A DNA stretch of 62,379 bases, counting the filler, from Babesia bigemina (Eukaryota), in NCBI RefSeq assembly GCF_000981445.1. It is 11 parts of 11 records of this genome, joined end to end, with 100 filler letters (N's around TTAATTAATTAA, not from the genome) between each part and the next. Parts side by side here need not be neighbours in the genome. Positions count along the whole stretch, not along the records: positions 1 to 12,797 come from NW_012237047.1; 10 more parts are not named here. One strand, given 5' to 3'. Positions within the stretch are counted from its first letter, which is position 1, and each line of letters begins with the position of its first letter. Shown piece after piece: positions 1-8,000 of this stretch. The notes beneath the pieces are model-generated. The model was not told the DNA's origin, did no database searches, and was given only the letters and a program-made list of their open reading frames with translations. The position numbers were made by a program, and so were the translations under genes.

Positions 1-1092
1 GATTTTTTTCATGCACCAGCGTGTGATGGACACTCACAATTTTGTCACGCAACTTTTCGTTAAAATCATTAATGGCGTCTTTGTTGCTATTGTGACTATT
101 TTTGACATCTAAGTCATTAGTGAAGTTTCAGCTTTCCGCTGACAATCTGCCAGGCTCTTCTTAACGGACTCCTCGTTCAGTCCAATTTGCTTGGCGTCAT
201 CTGCAAGAGCATTATCTTTTTGTATTTCACTTACCGTTTTGTGAAGCAGCTGCATTTCCTTACTGAAAGTCTGTATTTTATTCTTAATGCTTTCATTCGA
301 CGACTTCACTGCCTGGTTGTACCGGTTGACGTTGACAGTCACCATGGGAAACGCCTTGCAAAAACCATCGTGACCTGAGTTCAAATTTGATTTTAAAGTG
401 CTACTAACTAATGTATTTAAGTATTCCTTACCTGTTTCGTAAGGCTGTTTCTCGCTGACATCCTCAAGCACACCACTCAAAAATCCCATCACTGCGTCAC
501 ACAGCCTATCCAAGTCAGAGTACACAATCCCCTGGCCATCGTAGCCTTTGGAGGCAGAGTTGAAGCCGAGGAAAGTCTGAAGGCCGTCACATAAATTATC
601 TAAGAGATTTTTAGGCTCATTTGAAGGCTTACTAACATTAACATAAAATCCACAAAGCTTCTCCACTTCCTTCAAAGCCTGCAACTTGGACTGCAATTTG
701 GCTGACTCAGCAGAGGGAGAGGGGGAAGAAAGAAGATTATTAGGAAGGTTATTTGGCTTATTAAGGCTATTAATATGCTGTTCAGTTTCAGTAATTTCTT
801 GGTTAACTCGCTCACTAAGCTTCTCAATTTCACCGGTGTCACCAGCCTGGCCAGCAGAGTTGACAGACACAGAAAGGTTAGTAACATAAGAAAAGTAAAC
901 ATTTTTAAGGTTTTCATTACTGTCAATTTTAGCGATAATAGCATTCTTAACGGCTTTCTTAACACTTTCACTCTCACCAACAAATCCGCCAAGCTGTCCA
1001 GCCAGGTGACCAAGGCTAATGAGCTTGGAGTCAATGTCCTCCAAGGCTCTTCTAGTAGCATCGTCAGTGAGAGAATGGTCGGCATCAACAAG
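1..1092 (-). CDS. ves1: VESA1-like variant surface antigen, 5' part (runs off window start)
   Basis: Motifs LGHLAGQLGGFVG and LCDGLQTFLGF..KGYDGQGIVYSDLDRLCDAVMGFLSGVL are shared with the other ves ORFs here. The frame is open 1092 to 109, then continues in another frame (DVKNSHNSNKDAINDF...) to base 1. No in-frame ATG before DAVMGF. Confidence 0.85.
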
Positions 1093-1276
1093 TTATTATG
1101 ATGCTTAATAGAGGTCATAGCGATATTATGGCGAGGTAATTCAAGAGATTTGGACATAGGGTGAACATGGTCAGGGCAGTGGCAAGAGGTGGAAGAGGGG
1201 AAGGGAAGGGTGACAAGGCACAAGTTATTGCTATGGTTTAGTAAGGTCATAGCGGTATTATGGCGAGGTAATTCGA
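1093..1276 (-). other. Conserved ves 5' leader element, two tandem copies (ATGs at 1250 and 1118)
   Basis: GAATTACCTCGCCATAAT..CGCTATGACC..AATAACTTGT occurs twice. The same element is at ~10700-10760, 35520-35665, 46134-46285 and 53865-54050. Confidence 0.8.
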
Positions 1277-1820
1277 GGGATGTAGAGTGGATAAAGGGGC
1301 GATGCAGAGTGGGTTAAGGGGCGATGTGGAGTGGATAAAGGGGCGATGTGGAGTGGATAAAGGGGCGATGTGGAGTGGGTTAGGGAGCGATTAGAGGAGG
1401 TTAAGGGGCGATGTAGGGTGGATAAAGGAGCGATGTAGAGTGGGTTAGGGAGCGATGTGGAGTGGGTTAGGGAGCGATGTGGAGTGGGTTAGGGAGCGAT
1501 GTAGAGTGGGTAAAGGAGCGATGTAGAGTGGGTAAAGGAGCGATGTAGAGTGGGTAAAGGGGCGATGTAGAGTGGGTTAAGGGGCGACGTAGAGTGGGTA
1601 AAGGGGCGATGTAGAGTGGATTAGGGAGCGATGTAGAGTGGATAAGGGAGCGATGTAGAGTGGGTTAAGGGGCGATGTAGAGAGGATAAAGGGGCGATGT
1701 AGAGTGGGTTAAGGGGCGATGTAGAGTGGGTTAAGGGGCGATGTGGAGTGGGTAAAGGGGCGATGTAGAGTGGGTAAGGGGCGATGTAGAGTGGGTTAAG
1801 GGGCGATGTAGAGTGGGTAA
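1277..1820 (+). repeat. 22-bp G-rich tandem array (GGGGCGATGTAGAGTGGATAAA / GGGAGCGATGTAGAGTGGGTTA)
   Basis: Directly visible; about 25 units. Confidence 0.97.
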
Positions 1821-1850
1821 TAATCACCACTTAGGTCAGGTGCTTGCTCA

Positions 1851-1932
1851 CCATTTCACCGCTGCCGTGACCATGTCACCGCTGCCGTAACCATGTCATC
1901 GCTGCCGTTACCATGTCATCGCTGCCGTGACC
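1851..1932 (+). repeat. 20-bp tandem repeat (CCATGTCATCGCTGCCGTGA)
   Basis: About 4 units; same repeat at 12731, 13491 and, inverted, at 45540. Confidence 0.9.
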
Positions 1933-1941
1933 ACTAACTTG

Positions 1942-2200
1942 CTCAGGTGCTTGGTCAACACGTTGGTCGTGGCATTGGTCAGCACATTGGTCAACACCTT
2001 GGTCACCACGTTGGTCAGCACCTTGGTCAACACTTTGGTCATGGCATTGGTCAGCACTTTGGTCATGGCATTGGTCAGCAGTTAGGTCACCACGTTGGGC
2101 AGCACTTTGGTCATGGCATTGGTCACCATTTTGGTAGGGTGCTAGGTTAGGTGGTTGATCAGCACGTTGGTCATGACATTGGCCAGGTGCTTGGTCACCT
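1942..2200 (+). repeat. 12-bp degenerate tandem repeat (GGTCAGCACTTT / GGTCATGGCATT / GGTCACCACGTT)
   Basis: Gives the GQHF/GHGI low-complexity ORF; inverted copy at 45212-45539. Confidence 0.88.
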
Positions 2201-2288
2201 CAATGCTAATGTGTGATTGATCATCAATGCAATAATAATCTTGCTTGTCTACAACATTAGATGTCAGTTGCCAGTTGGGTGATTGTGA

Positions 2289-2423
2289 TTAGCCGCGCAG
2301 TAGATACCGCACCCTATGGAACGGCCGGATGCAGAAGTAGATCATGACGCAGATGACGATGATGACGAGGGCGACGGCGGCGATGATGTAAGGGGCGGGT
2401 GTTACGGTCACCTCACTGCTCAT
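2289..2423 (-). CDS. 44-aa single-TM micro-ORF, duplicate of the TM/tail of the adjacent Cys-rich gene
   Basis: Translated by hand: MSSEVTVTPAPYIIAAVALVIIVICVMIYFCIRPFHRVRYLLRG*. Paralogous to the C-terminus of 2493..2930. Confidence 0.5.
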   Translation of the reverse strand: MSSEVTVTPAPYIIAAVALVIIVICVMIYFCIRPFHRVRYLLRG

Positions 2424-2492
2424 GTGATTGTTCATAAACACAATGATTACTGTCTAGACATTAGATGTCAGTTGGCAGTTAGGTTATTGTGA

Positions 2493-2930
2493 CTAGCTGC
2501 GCAGTAGATACCGCACCCTGTGGAACGGCCGGATGCGGAAGTAGCTCATGACGCAGATGGCGATGATGATGAGGGCGACGGGGACGATGATGATGGGTAT
2601 GACGACGGGGGAGGATGTGGAAGATGGTGGACCGGAGGTGTGCTGAAGGGTGGAGGAAGAGGTGACATGGGAGGATGTGCGGGATGCCTGTAGACTGCCG
2701 CCACGCTGAACAAGGGGTGCCGGAGGGCGTCTGCTCAGCCCGCAATAACATGAACACGCGCCAGGTTTACACTCTGTACATCCATCGGGCTCGCACTTTC
2801 CTTCTCCCCTCATGCGCTGACTGTAGATATTGCGACATATAGAAAAACATGATACACATTTATTACAAGACACGTAGCAGCAATAACAATTACTTCGAGT
2901 ACATTTATTGTTGCACTTACACAGCGCCAT
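2493..2930 (-). CDS. Small Cys-rich single-pass membrane protein (145 aa), ves-associated family member A
   Basis: Cys-dense N-terminal ~63 aa, Ser/Thr/Pro stalk, hydrophobic VVIPIIIVPVALIIIAICVMSYF and a basic tail. Homologous starts at 40058 and 47513 share the GGAAG-ATG context. Confidence 0.78.
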   Translation of the reverse strand: MALCKCNNKCTRSNCYCCYVSCNKCVSCFSICRNIYSQRMRGEGKCEPDGCTECKPGACSCYCGLSRRPPAPLVQRGGSLQASRTSSHVTSSSTLQHTSGPPSSTSSPVVIPIIIVPVALIIIAICVMSYFRIRPFHRVRYLLRS

Positions 2931-2938
2931 CTTCCCCT

Positions 2939-3478
2939 CCCAGTCCCCTCAACCTGCAAACATGTCAATCACCTAGCAACGCACTCACCAACTGCAACAC
3001 GTACCACTGCCGCTACCACTCCCCTCAACCTGCAAGCATATCAATCACCTAGCAACGCACTCACCAACACAACACTACCACTGCCGCTCCCAGTCCCCTC
3101 AACCTGCAAACATATCAATCACCTAGCAACGCACTCACCAACACAACACGTACCACTGCCGCTCCCAGTCCCCTCAACCTGCAAACATATCAATCACCTA
3201 GCAAGCACTCACCAACTGCAACACTACCACTGCCGCTACCAGTCCCCTCAACCTGCAAACATATCAATCACTCAAGCAGCACTCACCAACTGCAACACTA
3301 CCACTGCCGCTCCCAGTCCCCTCAACCTGCAACCATGTCAATCACTAACCAACGCACTCACCAACTGCAACACGTACCACTGCCGCTCCCAGTCCCCTCA
3401 GCCTGCAGACATATCAATCACCTAGCAACGCACTCACCAACTGCAACACGTACCACTGCCGCTCCCAGTCCCCTCATC
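2939..3478 (-). repeat. ~75-bp tandem array (~7 units) directly upstream of the Cys-rich gene
   Basis: Unit starts at 2941, 3017, 3091, 3166, 3240, 3314, 3390 and 3466. Confidence 0.95.
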
Positions 3479-3991
3479 AACACGCACCCTCACCCCTGTA
3501 CCCCCCCAGCCCAGGCCACCGACACCCACGCTGCCCGGGATACCACAGCTGCCCTGACGCGACGCATGTGATCAGCACCAACTGTCACTCTAAATTATTT
3601 ACTATTCGCAACGCGGTAAAAATTGCAGCGAGCCCCGTGCGCTCAACTCCCACAGTGCAGCAGCACCGTGCTACGAGCCGCGGTATCGGCGCCATGCTGG
3701 CGGAGCGTGTCGGCTACGTGCCTAAATGTGACATTAACGATCGTTACATTGCCGCCTATAAATGCTACTTAACCAGGCCAACTCGGATTGCGCCACCCTG
3801 CCAGTGACTCGCAACACACGACTTAGGTCACCCGCCGCGGTCCTCACGGCCGCCTACGTTAGCAACCAATCACCCAGCCTCACGTGACACTCACTCAATG
3901 GGCAACGCGGACGCCTCTCACAGTCAACGCACAACTCAACTTACCAGGCAATCAACGTGCTACAACACCCACCAAATTACGGTTCATCCGC
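3479..3991. promoter_or_regulatory. Conserved ~500-bp non-repetitive block (candidate promoter/regulatory element)
   Basis: Near-identical copies at 14731-15236 and 40836-41335, always between the 75-bp and 24-bp arrays. Function is inferred from position only. Confidence 0.45.
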
Positions 3992-4920
3992 CACCTTAGC
4001 ACTTAGCTTGGTTGCTAGGTTACCACTTTGCCTGGTTGCTTGCTTATCACTTAGCTTGGTTGCTAGCTTATCACTTAGCTTGGTTGCTTGCTTATCACTT
4101 TGCCTGGGTGCCAGCTTAGCACATTGCCTGGTTGCTACCTTAGCACTTTGCCTAGGTGCTAGGTCAACACGTTGCCTGACTGCTTGCTTAGCACATTGCT
4201 TGTGTGCTAGCTTAGCACTTTGCCTGCGTGCTAGCTTAGCACTTTGCCTGCGTGCTAGCTTAGCACTTTGCCTAGTTGCTAGGTCAGCACTTAGCCTGAG
4301 TGCTAGCTTTGCACTTTGCCCGGGTGCTAGCTTACCACTTTGCCTGGTTGCCAGCTTTGCACTTTGCCTGGCTGCTAGGTTAAGACCTTGCCTGCGTGCT
4401 CGCTTAGCACTTTGCCTGGTTGCCAGCTTAGCACTTTGCCTGGGTGCTAGGTGAGCACTTTGCCTGGGTGCTAGGTTAGCACTTAGCTTGTGTGCTACCT
4501 TACCACTTAGCCTGGGTGCTGAGTTAGCACGTCGCCTGATTGCTTGCTTACCACTTTGCCTGTGTGCCAGCTTACCACGTTGCCTGGTTGCTAGGTTAGC
4601 ACTTAGCCTGGGTGCTAGGTTACCACGTTGCCTGTGTGCCAGCTTAGCACTTTGCCTGGCTGCTAAGTCAGCACTTTGCCTGTGTGCCAGCTTATCACTT
4701 TGCCTGGTTGCTAGGTTATCACTTAGCCTGGTTGCTAGGTTATCACTTAGCCTGGTTGCTACCTTACCACGTTGCCTGGGTGCTAGCTTAACACTTAGCC
4801 TGGTTGCTAGCTTAGCACTTTGCCTGGTTGCTTAATCAACACTTTGCCTGGGTGCTAGGTCAACACTTTGCCTGGTTGCTAGCTTACCACTTTGCCTGGT
4901 TGCTAGGTCAACACGTTGCT
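3992..4920 (+). repeat. 24-bp tandem array (CTTAGCACTTTGCCTGGGTGCTAG), ~39 units
   Basis: Directly visible; ~145 bp downstream of the ves stop codon. Confidence 0.95.
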
Positions 4921-5065
4921 TTGTCGTTCACTCATCACTTAATCTCAACGCTATCTAGTTCACAGGTTGCCGCTAGAGTAATTCGAGACATTAGACTACG
5001 TTTGTCGGTTAGGTGAGTAGGTGAGTAGTTACGTGAGTTACTGTGAATTACAAATGTGACGATGA

Positions 5066-8000
5066 TCACGGTTGTAGATACGATATCTTGGCAAGCCTTC
5101 CGACTTGCGCCGCCGCCAACAATGACTGCGCCGTTATCTTGTGCGACGACGGTATCCTCAGGTGTGAGCGTATGTGGAGCACATCCAGTCTGCCAACCAT
5201 TACGCAGATGAGGTAGAAGAGGGAGAGTGACCAGAGTGCGAGAACCAAGTAGGTGAACGGTTGTCTGATGGTCCAAATGAAGTTGTCACATTCTTCAAAT
5301 AATTTGGTGAAGTGTTGCGATGTTAGTACGTTCTGTAATTGCGCGTAGAGGTTACGGCAGTATCTTCTTTGATCATCAGACAACAATTTTTCGGCGTCGC
5401 CAAATGTGAAGCCGTAGTTGTATAAAGTGCTCAGCACACCACGGCATCCCACCAGCGATCGGCACCGACAGCTGTATATATCGCCGTGTTTGCCCGGTCT
5501 ACAAGAAATGCCGTCGACACATCTGCTGCATCCCCAATCTTGACAAGAGATACTGCTATGCGAATCGAACAATGATTTCAGATAGCTATACAAAGACCAT
5601 GGTAAATACACGGCCCATGATAGGTAGAGGTTGCAATGCTTCTTTGCCAGATAGTGATACGAGTCGCAAAATAGAGTCTGAAGGTAAGGCCCGCAGTTAA
5701 CGTTGTCTTCGTTAGCAAGCATACATGACTCGTCCATTGAGAGGCTTGACATATCAGCCGATTTGGGGTTATGCTTACTTTTATCATGACTACTCTGGTT
5801 GCTACCATACGCGGCATCAAGCGCACTTGTAAGTTTGTTTGAGTCTTTATACAGGTCGATGGACACCGCGTTGATTGATGTGTTAAAAGCTGTCGTAACG
5901 TCCTGCGCAGTTGCATTTTTCGTATTATGCAATACATGAGTTAACGCCAACGCAAACTGGAAGTGCTCAGGCAGCGTGCTCGGCGGGCTGGGTACAAGGC
6001 ACAAAAGGGACGACACTAGGCCGCTACCAAACAGCAGTTTCAAAATCTCATATATATCTCTACCAGTTTTGGTAGATCCCGAGAACGCCCTGAAACCGAG
6101 GGGAGTGACGCATGGCATTCCGAGTTTAGCGACAGATGGACACGTTGAGCAAACGGACCGGCAGCCGATGGAAGTCAGCTTGTGAGGCAAGTGACCAGTT
6201 AGACAGTCACCCAGATACGACATTAATGGAGACGTTGGTTGACAATTTGGTCGGCACGTTACTTTGTCGTTTGGTTGGCATTTTGGTTCATCCGTTGAGT
6301 GATTTTTGCATGGCCATTTGTTCGTCTTGATATCTCTGCCGTATAGGCATTGCGCCCATCCACCGTGGTTTGTGCCTAGACTGCATTGGTAATACAAGTA
6401 TCTCAGTGGCGGCAACATACGACGCAGAATATCGAGAATGGTTTGCAGACATTCCTCACCGGAAGTGGGATATTTGAGGTTGAAGTAGTTTGTGTGGAAG
6501 TCGACCGCGTACACTGTCTCGGCGTTGCCGTGGCCCATGACGGTGGTGAGCAGATCATACGATTTCGTACACAGATGTTGCAACGCTGTGTTCACGCTGT
6601 TGTACGTAATGTTGCTCGGATGTGCCGTTATGGATTCCACCCGCGTGTCTGTTAACGTCAGCTCAAGGCCGTCATCGTCCACAACTCTCTGCTTAGATGG
6701 ATTCTCAAACGGCGCACTGAGGCCGTTCTGTAACAGCTCCTCGTAAACGGGGTGATGTGGGAGGCCGGTGAACCATACAAGCATTTCATGAACATTACAC
6801 GGCAGACGTGATTTGGGCCGGAGTGCTTGGTGGCAGACGTCGTAGTACTGCTTAAGGTAACTAGAAAGCGTATTAAGTGGTCCTTTCTCTCTTGCATCAT
6901 CGTGGCTGCTGTACACTTTCCCACTGCGACCGATAAGTCGGCCTAGGATATGCTCGCCGGTCATATCACTTCTGTCTTGCAGCTCGCCATTTTGCTCCCC
7001 GTTATCCGACACTTTGTAACCTTGCTCGGCTAACAGATCGCCAATGTCAGTATCTCTGTTGATTCGTTTCTTTGGCAAACTCTTGCAGTTAGATTTCAAC
7101 GTATGCAGCGAAACGTCCAAGGTGCGGAGCACCGTGAGGAACACCTTAGACAACCTGGTGCCTTCGTCAGTCAGATCATATTTCATGTTAACGTCACTAG
7201 TGCTGGAGACGTGTTGAAGGTTTTTTACTAGCTCACCGTAGAAGGTCTCACTATCATACACGCTCACGTACGCCTTTTCCAGCTCACCGTGCATCCTCTG
7301 CACGCCCTTTCTAAGACACTCGAGCAGGGGGTTGCTAGCGTCGGCGTAGGATGCGGGGCGGATGGTTGCGAGGAGGGAGGAAAGGGAGGAGAGGTTGGAG
7401 AGGAAGGGGCGGTTGAAACGGGATAATCCTGTAAATAATGCACCAAACGATTGGAGAAGTTCTGTGATTTTAACAGGTTCAGGCATGATTTGAGTGTTAG
7501 TGTCAAGTGTGGCAAACAAAGCGCTAAAGAAGATGTTAACGTCGGATGAAAAGTCAAGCAGAACATCAGTGCGCTGTGATGCTGCATTGAGATGCAAGAC
7601 TGCTTTATCATACAACTCCTTCATGAATCCCTTGTAGCATTTGTTTGCATCGTCTGCGATTTGTGCAGGCAGATGTTCGAGTTCCTTGTTGACTTTGTCG
7701 GCGAATTCCACAAGTTGGGATGCAATAAATTTGGCGTATCTCAATTTCAGGTGGTTGGTTATGCTGGACATGGCTCTGTCAAATTGTTCAGTGATTTTCT
7801 CGGAGAGTTGCTCGATTATAATGTTACCGTATCTACCGGCATCGTTAACAATTTCTTGAGCTTCGTCAACACGAGGGCGTATGTGTTTGGTTTGCAACTC
7901 ATACATCAGTGAGTGAAATTCCTCTAGACCACCTGGCAATTCGGTATTTCCTTTAGCAAGCATTCTTCTCAACTCTAATAACTTCGCCTTAGCACTATTG

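Noticed and set aside
1621..1830. ORFs such as LYIAPLPTLHRPLTHSTS (also 45831, 53928, 55354)
   Set aside because: Translations of the 22-bp array; the unit is not a multiple of 3 and has frequent indels.
3568..3807. 79-aa ORF in the conserved block
   Set aside because: GTG start, and frameshifted in the third copy (~40980).
3957..4835. LALCLGAS / LAPRQSAK repeat ORFs (also 41363-42529)
   Set aside because: Openness follows from a 24-bp unit lacking stops in those frames; starts are GTG/TTG or ad hoc and copy number varies tenfold. Not called as CDS.
2939..4920. CRISPR-like appearance of the regular arrays
   Set aside because: Units are contiguous with no unique spacers, there are no cas genes, and the host is eukaryotic.
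1093..5065. Cassette as an autonomous transposon
   Set aside because: No transposase or reverse transcriptase, terminal inverted repeats or target-site duplications were seen.
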